A DNA stretch of 64,000 bases. Origin: Felis catus. Its lineage: Eukaryota. The notes under the pieces were generated by a model, which was not told the DNA's origin, ran no database searches, and saw nothing but the letters and a program-made list of their open reading frames with translations. The DNA lies in contig NC_058368.1 of the NCBI RefSeq assembly GCF_018350175.1, positions 82,710,001 to 82,774,000 on the forward strand. Direction: 5' to 3'. This document shows positions 1-13,776 of this stretch, piece by piece. Numbering within the stretch: position 1 is the stretch's first letter; every line of letters begins with the position of its first letter. A program made the translations under genes and the position numbers.

Positions 1-937
1 GTAGAGAAAGAGGAACTCTTTTGTACTGCTGGTGGGAATGCAAAATGGTGCGGCCACTCTGGAAAACAGTGTGGAGGTTCCTCAAAAAATTAAAAATGGA
101 ACTATCCTACGACCCAGCAATTGCACTGGTAAGTATTTATCCAAGGGATACAGGTGGGCTGTTTTGAAGGGACACATGCACCCCCATGTTTATAGTAGCA
201 CTACTGACAATAGCCAAAGTATGGAAAGAACTCAAATGTCCATAGACAGATAAATAAATAAAGAAGATGTGGTATCTGATATTCGACAATCAAAAAGAAT
301 GAAATCTTGCCATTTGCAGCTATGTGGATGGAACTGGAGGGTATTATGGTAAGCGAAATTAGTCAGTCAGAGAAAGACAAATATCATATGACTTAACTCA
401 TATGAGGACTTTAAGATACAAAACAGATGAACATAAGGGAAGGTAAACAAAAATAATATAAAAACAAGGAGGGGGACAGGGGCGCCTGGGTAGCTCAGTC
501 AGTTAAGCATCCAACTTCGGCTCAGGTCATGATCTCATGGTTCATGAGTTCAAGCCCCTCACTGGGCTCTGTGCTGACAGCTCAGAGGCTGGAGTCTGCT
601 TCCAGTTCTGTGTCTCCCTTTCTCTCTGCCTCTCCCCTGCTCATGCTCTGTCTGTCTCTCTGTCTCAAAAATCAATAAACATTAGGGAAAAAAATTTTTT
701 TAATGAGGAGGGGGACACAACAGAAGACACTCTTAAATACAGAGAACAAACTGAGGGTTGCTGGAGGGGTTGTGGGAGAGGGGATGGGCTAAATGGGCAA
801 AGGGCATTAGGGAGGACACTTGTTGGGATGAGCCCTGGGTATTATACACAGGGGATGAATCACTGAATCTATTCCTGAAATGGCTATAGCACTATGTGCT
901 AACTAACTTGGATGTAAATTAAACAATAAAAAATAAA
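1..937 (+). mobile_element. carnivore L1 3' end (ORF2 C-terminus + 3'UTR + A-rich tail), interrupted by a SINE
   Basis: Matches the 3' end of the L1 at 39550-40220 ([12 protein letters not shown] / WMELEGIM-type sequence); ends aaacaataaaaaataaaa. Confidence 0.92.
479..705 (+). mobile_element. Can-SINE (felid SINEC)
   Basis: ggggcgcctgggtagctcag head, CT tract, A tail; TSD aggagggggaca at 467-478 and 706-717. Confidence 0.95.
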
Positions 938-1586
938 AGTCAACTGTCTCACTGGCCCCAGAGGGACATGTTGACTATCAAAAAGGATGTCAATGGCAGT
1001 GTACTGAAACACATCAAATATGTTTGAATTTTTTACTTCCTAATGATGTTAAACAGAAACACCTTATCCACCCCCTTTGGAAGGTGCTAAGAACAACTTA
1101 TTATTTTGAAAATTAGTAAATAAAGAGAATGCAGTTATCCTGCAAAAGTGAAGTGTAGACGTATTCCAGCAAATAAATGTGGAATGGATGACAGAATCAG
1201 AATGTTTCTAATTTTCACAAAAACAGAGATAAGCAGAAATGTGTACCTTGTGATAAAATATCACCATGGGGTAGTCTTGCCAAGGAAAAAAATTGAACCT
1301 GAATTTCTATCAGTTTATAGGTAGTGCCAGGCATTCAGTCAGCAAAATCCAGACTGAGAAAGTCTACAGGACAAATTATCTGATTTCCCTACAACACATT
1401 GCAAGGGCGGAAATGGAGGCAAAAACTATAATTTAAAGAGGTGCAAGAGATACATCAAGTAAGTAAAATTTATGGACCTTTTGACCTAGGTCCTAAGTCC
1501 AACAAGCAAACAAGAGAGAGGAGAGGGGAGGGGATAATAGAAGACATGTGGGCGGTACCTGAATACTTAATTAAAGAACTGTTGTA

Positions 1587-1820
1587 GGGGCGCCTGGTGG
1601 CTCAGACAGTTAAGCGTCAGACCCCAGCCCAGGTTATGATCTCAGGGTTTATGAGTTCCAGCCCCGCGTCGGGCTCTGTGCTGATTTCCGATTCTGTGTC
1701 TGTTTCCAATTCTGTGCCTGTTTCCGATTCTGTGTCTCCCTCTCTCTCTGCCCTTCCCCTGCTCACACTCTGTGTGTCTCTCTCTCCAAAATAAATAAAC
1801 ATTAAAATTTTTTTTAAAAA
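1587..1820 (+). mobile_element. Can-SINE with internal 18-bp triplication
   Basis: SINE head and tail; tttccgattctgtgtctg-like unit x3 at 1685-1738. Confidence 0.93.
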
Positions 1821-4800
1821 AGAACTTGTCAACTTGGTGTGATTATGGTATTGTAAGCATGTACTTTTAAAAGGTTCCCTATGTTTTGGAGACATATATT
1901 AAGATGTTTAAGGATGAAAAAGATTTGCTTGGTTTGATTTGCTACAATCTCAGGTGGGGCAGGGACAGTGGGTGGGGGCAGGGATGAAACCAGATTGGCC
2001 CCTAGTTGGCTTTGGTGAAGCTGAGTGAGACTCCATGGGGGTTTGTTATACTATTTTTCTCATTTTTATTTATGGTTAAAATTTTATGCTACGTTTTTTT
2101 AAATTCATAATTTTGAGTGGAAAAAGAAGCAGAGTGGGTAGGTAAACATGGTTTCCATAAATTTAAAAAGATAATAATAGAAAATATTGGTTATGGGTGC
2201 CTTCATAGTGGTAAAAACGCAGACACAAGGTAGGAAGGATAGGGGCTGACTTCAGGATGGGGTGGCCTGGGGAGGTGCAGGGGGCGGGCTGAAGCAGGAT
2301 ACAGTGTCAGGTGCAATGTGATGTCTCTATAGGAGAGGATGTTCGCGCTTGTTAATTCTCTATGGGGGGAGGGGCTCTTCAATATCGTTGCTCCGGTCTC
2401 TGCCCCCTCCCCCCCACACTTCTGATGGTGCCCGTAGATGGTGCAACGAAGGAGGCAGAGCAGGGTCAAGGCTGCTGATCTTCCAGAGCCATCAGAACCC
2501 TCTATTCCATGTGCACACTCGTCTGGCAAAACCCAACTGGAAAGGACTGTTTACACTGTCTTCTAGCCACACCGGCAGCTGAGGTGGCCCAGGCTAGCCT
2601 TTCTGCGTCACCGAGGAGTCAGGCTCTTGCACTCTGCCAGGCTTGGCCGCCTCTCCTGTGCTGTTGGCCCTCGAGAACCTACACGGAGGATTATGCTTCT
2701 CTCCATTCTAGTACTCTCTGGACTGGATCTCTTCATTCGATAATTCTTCAGTTACTTTTAATTTTTGTCAGAGTAATGTAAGCACTTTTGAAAAAAATTA
2801 AAAAGTACCAAAACACTTTAAGAAAAACAGCAGCTTCTCCCCATGGCAAAGCCCCACTCCAAGGCAGCCGTGCTCAACGCTTCTGGCAGTTTCTCCTGGT
2901 TTTGACCTCCATTTTTCAGAAGAATATGCTCATTTGCCGTATCTTCTCAACATAAATATAATCGGTTTTTATTAAGTCAATAACCAGTTATAATGACTAT
3001 GCAAAACCACTTATTTTTGAGTCAAGTTGTAATTATATCTCCTTTCTTACAATTTCTTATAAGGGTTAATAGTTGCTTTGTTGTCACGTTGCTTGAGTTT
3101 TCTGTATATTTGTAGTTATTTTTTCTCAAATATTCCATCAGTCATCAAATGCTGATGAATAAATTCTCAAACACTCAAGAGCATCAAATAGTCTTTCAGT
3201 CCCCCACCCCCAACCCCTCTTCAGCAGTCCTCCCTCCACCTTCCTGCTTCTGGTGGGATGGCACATTGTGTACGCTCTGGGCCCGCTGAGCTGATGATGT
3301 GCTGGGAGCTCCCTGTGCCGTCTCCCATGTTGAAAACCCTTTTCCTGGACACCGTGTTTTCAGCACCTTGGTTTACGCCCTCGCTGAGATGAAGCACATC
3401 GTGCGGGAGCTTCCCAAGTGCAGCAGAGGTTTTCGTTTGCTTGGGTTTGTTTTGTTTTGTTTTTTCTTTTCTTTTTTGTCTCTGCATTAAAAATGCTTTT
3501 ATTCTCTCATCTCTCTTGATAGAAACTTTGGTATGAGATTCTAGGATCGAAATCACCTTCCCTCAGTATGTTAAAGGCACTGGCCCTCATCCTAAGTTGT
3601 GGTAATGAGACATGCTATAACAAATAGGCCCTAACATCATTCTCGTGTAATCCCTGCTCCTGTGCCCGTGTGTGGGCGACTCCAGACCAGCTCCACTCAC
3701 CTGTGGCTCCTCCACCATCAGGCTCTGTGAGGGGAGAGGACACAGAAAGCACACCTGCTTCCTAGAAAACCTGGCCTAAAACTGGAACTTCACTCTGCTG
3801 ATGCTGCATTGGCAAGAATTCATCACATGGCCACTCCCAAGTGCCAGGAGTCCTGGGAAATGCTGTCCCTGACAGGACATCCATTTCCCAGGGATAGCTC
3901 CAGACTGCGGCTGGGGGAGCATGAGCTATGTTAACGGATGGCCAGCTCTCTGCTGCAGCCACCACCTTCTTTTAAATATCCAGTGCCATTCTGACTCCTG
4001 TGTGACTGTGGGTGCTTCTTTCCGGAAACTTCTAGGAAGGACCTCATCTTTATTACTGATGTTTTCACATTCTGTAATGACATGTTTTTATGTGAGTTTC
4101 TTTGAGTTCATTCTGATGGATCCTTTCATTTGAGAGAATCTAAAAATTCCTTCCCTTTCCCTTTTCTAGGAACCCTACTAGTTACATGTCAGAGACCCAA
4201 TATCAAGCCTCTGGTTTCCTTTTATTTTCTCTTCTGCTGCCCATCTCTCTATTTTTGGCTCATTTTGGAGAGGTTCCTTAGTTTCATCCTCAGCTCCTTT
4301 GTTCAAGTTTTATTTCAGTTTTAATTTTCAAGGGCTAATATCAGTAGTCATTTCTTTTTCCTAGGATCTCATTCTTGTTTTATGGACACAGCACCCTCTT
4401 TTGTCTCCCCAAGCTTGTTACTTACAGTTTACTTGGTGTTTTTCTCTGATCCCTTCATCTTCCCTGTTTCTTCCACGCCCTGTTTAGTGTCCTTATCTCT
4501 CTCATTTTCATGTTGGAGACATCCCTCCAGTGTCTGGAGAAGGAGGTCGTGGACATTGACTGGAGGCTTTACATGCTCCGGCCAATCCGATTGTGTGGAC
4601 TCCCCATGTCAAGGCATGTGGTGTTTGGAGCAGTTTACTCTCCTTGGAGATCTGTCTGGGGAACCTGTGAAGTTTTAGGCACAGGGTTGGGAGAAGCACT
4701 GACCCCCACCTCAGCCGCACCTACTTTGCCCTCAGCCAGAGTCCCCCATACCCCATTTCTCCAGAGAAGAAGTTCTGGTATCTTCTGTGGGGAGAACTCA

Positions 4801-5277
4801 GCCACCTGCCTCAGGAGACAGTGAAGACAATGTCAAGGGTCTCAGTTTCTTGGAAAGACTCACAAAAGCCCCCATGCCGGGCCTCTCCAGGCATTTGTGG
4901 TTCCTGATATCTCTTGGTGCTAAGCCTGTCAGTGGTTCTTGGAGGTGAACCCTGTCACTTGCCATCATGTCCACCTTGGCAGCTGTCTCCAGCTGTTAGT
5001 TACTCCAGTTCCATCTTTTCCATCATACTTTCCCCCAAGACTAAACATCAGTTGGTGATTGTGCCAAGCCAATCTGTGCTATGGTGACTATAAAATGGCA
5101 ACTTTTCAGTGTCTCCACTCTTTCTTCATCTTTCAACTGGCATGTCTCTGTGAGAAAGAGCTTCCTTTCATTTGTATGTAATGTGCATAATAGGTAAGAG
5201 GAGCATCTAGGAAGACAGTGTGTTCCAAAGAACTTGGTCAAAAGCAAGTGCTATAATAAAGCAAGCTAGTGTCATAC

Positions 5278-5487
5278 TTTAATTTTTTTAATTTTTTAAT
5301 GTTTATTTTTGAGAGACAGAGAGACAGAGCATGAAGCAGGGAGATGCAGAGAGAGAGGGAAACACAGAATCCGAAGCAAGTTCCAGGCTCCAAGCTGTTC
5401 AGCACAGAGCACGACATGGGGCTCAAACTCCCAAAATGTGAGACCCTGACTTGAACCGAAGTCAGATGCTTAACTAGCTGAGCCACC
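5278..5487 (-). mobile_element. Can-SINE (5' few bases missing)
   Basis: reverse-complement SINE body; flanking tagtgtcata repeated on both sides. Confidence 0.92.
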
Positions 5488-6078
5488 ATAGTGTCATATT
5501 TTTAATAACCATAATTAGCCTAAAATTTTTACCTGTAGCCCAACTAACTTGCTTCTAGATAGCCCCGCCCAACACAGGGTTTACTGGCCACCCCCCAGAC
5601 TACTCACCATCTTTATTCCTGTCCTGGAGTCACCAGGCATCAAAGCTGCAAGACTTGGGCCATTCTTCAGCACCCCTTTCTCCCTCATCCCCACCCCAAC
5701 AGACACACGCCTCCCGGGAGGCCTGACTCCCGCAGACCCTACCCACAGCACAGGGCACACCTCTGCTCACCACCCCACAGCTGCATGACCGGATGAATAC
5801 CCCAGCTGTGTGGCCCACCAGCCCACCTCTGGTCTTGTCTTCTTCCACACTCAGTGACAGAGAACCTCCAGGTCATGTATGTGTTTGTGTTTCTCCCTTG
5901 TTTCTGTTCTTTAGTTCTCCCTCATGTTAGGGGCCAAGCGCCAATTCCTGCGCATGCTTTTCAACATTCTTGCCATCTAGCCCTTGGTCTACACCAAGGA
6001 TCTAGAATATGGAGGAGGGAGATTCCTTTTTATTGCAGATGGTAATACAGATAGCCCTTGCGTACTTACTCCATCACA

Positions 6079-6280
6079 TTTTATTTTATTTTTAAGTACT
6101 TATTTTAGAAAGAGAGAGAGAAAGAGCACATGCATGACAGGGGCAGAGAGAGAGGGAGACAGAGGATCCTATCTGCACTGAGAGCGCAGAGCCTGATGTG
6201 GGGCTCAGACTCACAAACCTTGAGATGTTGACCTGAACGGAAGTTGGATGCTTTTCCAACTGAGCCACCCAAGGCGTCCC
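6079..6280 (-). mobile_element. Can-SINE
   Basis: reverse-complement SINE ending tgagccacccaaggcgtccc. Confidence 0.9.
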
Positions 6281-6709
6281 AGTCCAACACATTTTAAACT
6301 GTAAATTTCTTCCCTTCTTTGCGCATTTTCTGATGGGAAACTGCAGAGATCGTTTTTCAGTTAATCAATGTTTCAGGTGCCCATCCTGGGCATGTTGCTG
6401 GAGGCTCAGAAAGTAGAATGAGGTGGACACGGTTTCATAATTCACAGTCTTAAAGGCCTGACAACAGAATAGAAATGTCCACTGGCAGTTACATTTCATG
6501 AGTCCTCACTCCATACCCACTTAATTCTCTACTTGAAAACGACTCATTTCCCAGGGCTGCCCCTTGGCCTCCGGGGGATACTTGGATTCTGAATCAAGCC
6601 CGAGCCTCATTCAGGAGTGTCTGTCCAAGGCTGACATGGTCTCTTCAGTGCCACAAACAATTATCTATACTTGTCCCCGGTGCCACAGCCCAGAAGCTGT
6701 CCAATCTGA

Positions 6710-6880
<171 letters not shown>

Positions 6881-7730
6881 TAACTGAGGAAACGTGGCCT
6901 CAGAAACCCCAGAAATGGAAACAGCCGGCTCGGCAAGGGATAAAGGTTCCCGTTGTTGACAATACCGGGCCATGTCAGCAGCCCGTTAACCTCACTCCGC
7001 CAGCACAGGCGGGTAGTAGGGGCATGGGGACCCTTCTCCAGTCTTCCTTCGGACATTTGTCTGCAGAGGAGAGGGCGGAAGGGGCAGGAAGGCGCAGTGG
7101 CAGGGCCGTTCTGGAGCAATCGGTACCCTTCCTTCAAACAAGACCATTTCTTGACCTCCACAGATATTTTATTTCTTGAAGTTTAAGCTGTCTGGTGCTC
7201 ATGGCTATTCTGACAGTAGTGCCTCCAGAACAAAATGCTGTGTGCTCTTTATGTGCCTATTAGTGATGGTATCTGAAGTGGGCAGAGAAGAAGCTAAACG
7301 TCATCCTCAAGCAAATCAATAGATCAGTGAACTTTAAAACCTAAAACAAGAGATTTTTCATTTCCTCTGGGCTCCAATCTCTTCTGCACAGTATAAAATC
7401 ACCTCTCTTAAAACATGAAGTGGTTTCCTCATTAGCATCATTCACTGAGTTTTGGACGGTAACCCAATTTCACAAAGAATCATAGCGTTCTTGCTGTTAC
7501 TTCCATTCTGAGCGTATGAAATTTGGCCCCTTCCTAAGGTATCCCGATTTATAGACAAAGGAGCCTGCATGTGTCATACTCGTTGTTGAAGCTTGCTACA
7601 ACAGCTCTTGCTGATATTTGAAGAGGCAGTGTAAACCTGCAGTGTGCCCAAGTCAAAGGAAATGTGGGGTTGAAGGAATCCGCTAAGTAAATCTGCACGG
7701 TAATGGCCTAGATGCAGCTGGTGCTTCTGA

Positions 7731-7961
<231 letters not shown>

Positions 7962-8169
7962 TAGCTGCCCCTGAGCCAGAACGGGGCCTTTCCTTCCCCT
8001 CCAGAGAGCCCTGTGCTTCCTGCTGTGTTGTCCACAAATCAGAGTATTGCCTGGGACTCAGGCTGATTCCGTGCCCACCGCAGAACAGGGACACAAACAG
8101 TAGCTCTCAGTGCTGTGAGCTCACTGTGCACCTGTGCTGTCCCACTGTGCTACATCATCTCATTGCCTA

Positions 8170-8330
8170 ACTCTCATACTTAGCCCGTGAGGAAGGGTCT
8201 ATTGTGCTTCTTGGTGTACAGATGGGGAAACTGAGGCACCGAGCGGTGACAGAACTTGGTGAGGACGGCACCTAGAAACTGGTGGAAGTAGGTTCCACCC
8301 CAGGGCCTGTGCCCAGGCATTTCTCCTAGG
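8170..8330. mobile_element. MIR fragment
   Basis: MIR core motif acagatggggaaactgaggcac. Confidence 0.7.
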
Positions 8331-10144
8331 TTTTCATTTGCAAAAGCAGCCAAGGCTGTTGTTTTCTGCCAGCACACCATGGGCCCAATATTTGCCTGGA
8401 AACGGCATCAAAGGCCACGCACTCCTGTCTCCAATGTGGGTGGTGACTGCTCCTGCTTGTTGCAGATGAGGTGGCCACTCCCAGCCTCGTGCTGGTGCTG
8501 CTTTTTCCCAACCACATTGTTTTTTACCCAAAGTGCAGTTCTCTGTAGAAATGGAGAATAGCAGGCCTCCATGGTCTTTAAAATCTGCCTATAAAAGTTT
8601 GGAGACAATTATGAATCCTAAAAGCCCCTCTCATTGTCCTTTCCTTTTAAATGCGACAGTTCAGTAGTGACAGTGATGGATAATTGTAATGCACGTGGGT
8701 TTTCAGAAGTGATCAGTCCTCTTAAAACCTTTAGCCTGTACCTGTCTCCAAGAAGCTCAGAATGGTTTCCAGATTCTGCAATAAATTAAAATTTAGTTGA
8801 CCCTCAAGCACAGGAAGTGCGTCTTATAGGAAGGCTGTAGTGGGCCCAGACCAAAGCTCCATGGGAAGAGTGGATCGTACAGTCCTGCTGGACTGGGTTT
8901 ATCAAAGTAATTTGTCTCCCAGTTCAGCAGTGGTTCACCTGGGGCTACACTCTGAGGGGTCTGGAAGGATGGGAAGCAGGCCTGCGTGTCAGGAATGGCC
9001 CCTATGCTTCATGGCTGCAGCCACTGTCCAGCCCGTCATTAAAAACCTGGAGCTATGGGTAGACCTCCATTCTCCTGGGATAGTTTACATTACATTTGGA
9101 ATCACTTTCTGCATTAAAGACAGATATTTCACCTGAGTATAAAAATCACTGTTGAGTGATTAAAGCTTAAAAGCTTAAAGCTTAAAGCTGTTATGAGGGA
9201 GCCTAGGCTAATAGTTAATCTCCATACAACTCAGGCCAAGATAGGCTCCTACAGGGAGCTTCTCACACAAGATGCCTGGATTCTCTTTGATAAGCGAGTT
9301 CCTAGCAGCCTGGAGGGGAATCCACACAATCAAATGGCTCCCCCCTCAGAACCTGCCTGATCTGTCACACACAGGAAATAAGGGAAGAAGGAGGGAAAAG
9401 AGGAAGCAGAAGTGATCCCGGGAGGTACCAGCCAGTCAGAAGCCCACAGGAAGTCCCTGGACTTGAACAAGGGAGCCAGACAGAACCAGACTTCAGGAAA
9501 CATGAAAGGGATGTGAGGGGCCAAAGGTGGCCTGTGAACCGACCCAGCTCCTCCCACACCAGGAAATTATTTTGGCCGGCTTTGCAAGCCACATACCCCC
9601 TCCTTGTCTTGCTTGGATTTAAAGCAGCAGAAGACCTCCTTTTCCCTTCCGACATATTTCTCATTGTTCAGCTCTGGGCCATATGCTGAGGACAAAGGGT
9701 GGTTGCTTTGCACGTTCAAACTCAAAGCGAATTCAGCTTCGCGCAACTCTTGACGTTTGGAGTGTGGAAGTAGGAGGCACCTAGCTAATTCAGCTAATGA
9801 CTCATCACAAAGTAGTGGTAGAAATGGTGTGTCTCTTTGTGATTAGTTTAATGGAGCCCCAGCAAAAATAAAAGTCAATGATTTCTGTCAAGAATACGTC
9901 AGTTTGGGCCTGATAACTGGCCATTTCATTTCTCTGTCCTTTATTTAATAAAAGACACTTGTCAAGTTAACACAGGGTGTGGAAGAGAATCAGCCAATTT
10001 TCAGGGAGATCTTGGCTATTCCCAGAACATTGCAAACTAGTTGGTTCAGATAGCATGGATGTACCTAGCTACCTAACTACTCAGTAGCAAAAGTCAACAC
10101 TATAGGAGAAACTATATGACCAACAATTGGGCTTTAATTCTTCA

Positions 10145-10600
10145 TTTTATTTTGTATGGCTTTATTGAGATATAATTGGCATATGGTATACTATATATTT
10201 TCAGTGTACCGTCTGATAAGTTTGATGTGCTTTACACCTGTGAGAATATCACCACAATCAAGATAATAACTATACTCATCACTCCTCCAGGTGTCCTGTT
10301 CCCATGAATAATTACCCCACCCCTCCTCTCTCCCATCCGCATACATCCACAGTTTTTTTGTCCCTGTGGACAAGTTTGCATTTTCTGAGTAGATCCATGC
10401 ATTGTCTGCCTTTTTCTGCCATTTACTCCACGTAATAGCATGGTTGAGTGAGTCAATAGACCATTCCTTTTTGTGGCTGAGTAGTGCTCATTGTAGGGAG
10501 CCATCACAGTTTGTTTATCCATTCACCTATTGGTGAGCATTTGGATTGTCTTTAATCTTTGACTATTAAACAAATAAGGGTGAAATGAGTATTCATGTTT
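10145..10600 (-). mobile_element. old L1M 3'UTR fragment
   Basis: ctttattgagatataattg...tttatccattcacct...catttggattg, typical antisense L1M 3' end. Confidence 0.8.
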
Positions 10601-10618
10601 TTAAAAAGTCAAAAACCA

Positions 10619-10838
10619 GGGGGCCTGTGTGGCTCAGTTGATTAAGTGACCGACTTTGGCTCAGGCTATGATCTCGCAGTTTGTGGGTTCAGGCCCCATG
10701 TGAGGCTCTGTGCTGACAGCTCAGAGCCTCGAGCCTGCTTCAGATTCTGTGTATCCTCTCTCTGTCCCTCCCTCACTCATGCTCTGCCTCTCTGTGTCTC
10801 TCAAAAATAAATAAATTTCAAAAAAAAATTTTTTTTTT
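10619..10838 (+). mobile_element. Can-SINE
   Basis: SINE body; degenerate TSD aaagtcaaaaacca / aaatcaagaacca. Confidence 0.92.
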
Positions 10839-12493
10839 AAATCAAGAACCAGTATCTGCCCAACTGAAAACTCAATGATAAATGAAGAGTCTTAAATATG
10901 AGTCACACAGAGAAAGTCTTCCAAGCATGACAGCATAAGGAGGTCTCTGGACCCACTCCCCAGTAAAACTGATAAAAATTATTTTTAAAACAATCATTTA
11001 AGGTTTATGGAAATGGTCCTAAGGACATACACCATATGAAGAAACATTTATCCAAGAAAATCTGCTGAAATGTGATGCGGCAAGAACAGATTCCATAGTA
11101 TTTGAACTGAGACACACTCCATCCCCCTCCCTCCCAACCCTTCCAGGCTGATGCAGCCAAGAGCAAAGGGCTCCTTCTCTCTCCCACTTCCCACTGGAGA
11201 AGCTTTCTTTCTGGAAAAGGCAGGACTTCAGCATTTATCATCCTGTCTCCAGCTGCCTATTACTGAGACCACGTCTCAGGTGAGAGTGGCCCAGAGATGA
11301 AGACTCCTTTCTGTCCAGCTTCCACTCAGAAAATGGAGGCTCCACCTTGAGTGGTATTGCTGAGAATACTGGGGCCTGATCCCCTTGGCTTAGTTCATAA
11401 AACAGGAGTTTGATGTTGGGACAGTCAAGCCATAAATATCTATGTGTTCTCCCCCACTACAATGGAAGAGCATGGGATGTCACACAGAGAGAAGCTTGCT
11501 ATTCTGAGCTCCAGAACTCTGAGATTTTGTGTAGGGTAAGATGCAAACCATGAAATAAATGGTTCTTGATGTTCCCTCAAAGCAGCTGACTTCATTTTCA
11601 GCAAAGTGTGGCAAGTTCCAAGCATCACTGAACATGAAATAAAAGACATTCAAATTGGAGAGGAAAACAAAAAACTGTCTCTATTCACAGATGATATGAT
11701 CTTGCATACAGAAAATCCTAAGGAAACCAGTTAAAAAAACCCAAAACTATTAGAACTAATACACAAGTTCACCAAGGTAGCAGGCACAAGATTAATATAA
11801 GAAGTCCATTGTATTTTTATATATTTGCTATTAACAACCTGAAACTGAAATTAAGAAAATTGTTTCATTTGCAAAAACATCAAAAATAATAAAATACTTG
11901 GGAACAAATTTAATAAAGAAAGTACAAAACTTACATTCTGAAAACTATAAAACATTGTTGAAAGAAATTAAAGAATAAATAAATGGGGGAACATCCTATG
12001 TTCATAAGTCAGAAGACTTCGTATTGTTAGCATGGCATACTCCACAAACTGATCTGATTCAGTGCCACCCCTACCAGAATCCTAGCTGATTTCTTTGTAG
12101 AAATTGCCAAGTGGATTTGAAAATTCATATGGAACTGACAAGGGACACCAAGTAGTCAATCTTGAAAAAGAAGAACAAAATAGGAGTCATGTATCCTGAT
12201 TCCAAAACTTTCTGCAAAGCAGTGGTAATCAAGACAATGTGGTGCCAACATAAGGGCAGACATGGATCAATGAAATAGAATTGAGAGTCCAGAAATAAAC
12301 CCATGTGTCTATATCAACTTATTTTCAATAAAGATGCCAGGACCATTCAATAGGGAAAGAATAGTCTTTTCAGCAAATGGTGTGGAACAATTCTATATTC
12401 ATATGCAGAAGAATAAAGTTGGGCTCTTATTTCACACCACATACAAGAATTAACTCAGAATGGATCAAAGACCAAAACATAAAAGCTGAGACA

Positions 12494-12700
12494 GGGGCAC
12501 TTGTGTGGCTTAGTCAGTTGAACAACTGAATCTTGGTTTCTGCTCACGTCATGATCTCCTCGTGGTTCATGAGTTCAAGTCACACATCAGGCTCACTGCT
12601 GTCAGCCTGTCAGTGCAGAGCCCTCTTTAGATCCTCTGCCCCCTCTCTTTGCCCCTCCCCTGCTTGTGCTTTCCTCAAAATAAATATTTTTTTAAAAAAA
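12494..12700 (+). mobile_element. Can-SINE inserted in old L1
   Basis: TSD aaaagctgagaca / aaaagctgaaaca. Confidence 0.92.
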
Positions 12701-13536
12701 GCTGAAACAAAATATAAAAACTCATATAAGAAAACATAGAAGTGAATCTTCCTGACCTCATCTTTGGCAATGGTATTAGATATGACACCAAAAGCATGAA
12801 AAAAGAGAAAACATTAAGCTGGATAAATTAGACTTAGTTAAAATTAAGGACTTCTGTGCTTCAAAGGACAGTATCAAGAAAGTGAAAAGACAGTCCACAG
12901 AATGGGCAAAAATATTTGCAAGTTATATATCTGATAAGGGACTTGCATATATTCAGAATATATGAAGAACTCTTACAGCCAAATGATAAAAAGAAAAATA
13001 GCCCAATTTAAAGATACGCAAATGATCTGAATAAATATTTCTCCAAGGAAGATATGCAAAAGGACAATAAATACATGAAAAAATGTTCAACATCATTAGT
13101 CATCATGGAAATGCAAGTCAAAACCACAATGTGATATCACTTTATACCCACAAGTTTGGCTAGAACCAAAGGCAGATAATAACAAATGTTGGTGAGGATG
13201 TGGAAAAATTGGAATCTTCATCCACTGCTGGCGGAAATGTAAAATGGTGCAGCTACTTTGGAAAAAAGTCTGGCAGTTTTTCAAATGTTTAAACATAGAG
13301 TTACCATATGATTCAATAATTCCACTCCTAGACACATACACAAGAGAAATGAAAATATGCCCACAGTAAAACTTGTATAGGAATATCTACATCAGTGTTA
13401 TTCATAATAGCCAAGGGTAGGAACAATACAAATATTCATCAACTGAAGAATGAATAAACAATATTTGGTATACCCACACACAATGGAATATTATTCAGGA
13501 ATTTAAAGGAGTGAAGTATTTAAAATAGCATAACAT

Positions 13537-13733
13537 GGGGGCATGACTTCGGCTCAGGTCATGATCTCGTAGTCTGTGAGTTCGAGCCCCGTGTCGGGCT
13601 CTGTGCTGACAGCTCAGAGCCTGGAGCCTGCTTTGGATTCTCTCTCTCTGCTCCTCTCTCTCTGCCCCTCCCCTGCTCATGCTCTGTCTCTCATTCTGTC
13701 AAAAATAAATAAACGTTAAAAATTTTTTTAAAA
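13537..13733 (+). mobile_element. Can-SINE lacking the A-box segment
   Basis: ggggca jumps directly to tgacttcggctcagg; degenerate TSD aaatagcataacatgg / aaacagtataacatgg. Confidence 0.9.
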
Positions 13734-13776
13734 TAAAACAGTATAACATGGATGAACCTTGAAAACTTTATGCTGA

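Noticed and set aside
537..866. Recurrent ORFs of the MAQSVKRPTSAQVMIS / FCVSLSLCPSP type throughout the window
   Set aside because: Translations of Can-SINE sequence, not a repeated gene family or CRISPR-like array.
9160..9190. Short tandem aagctt(a) repeats, and similar micro-duplications at ~15405-15450, ~51911-51935 and ~55420-55462
   Set aside because: Two to four copy slippage duplications without spacers or other structure; common background.
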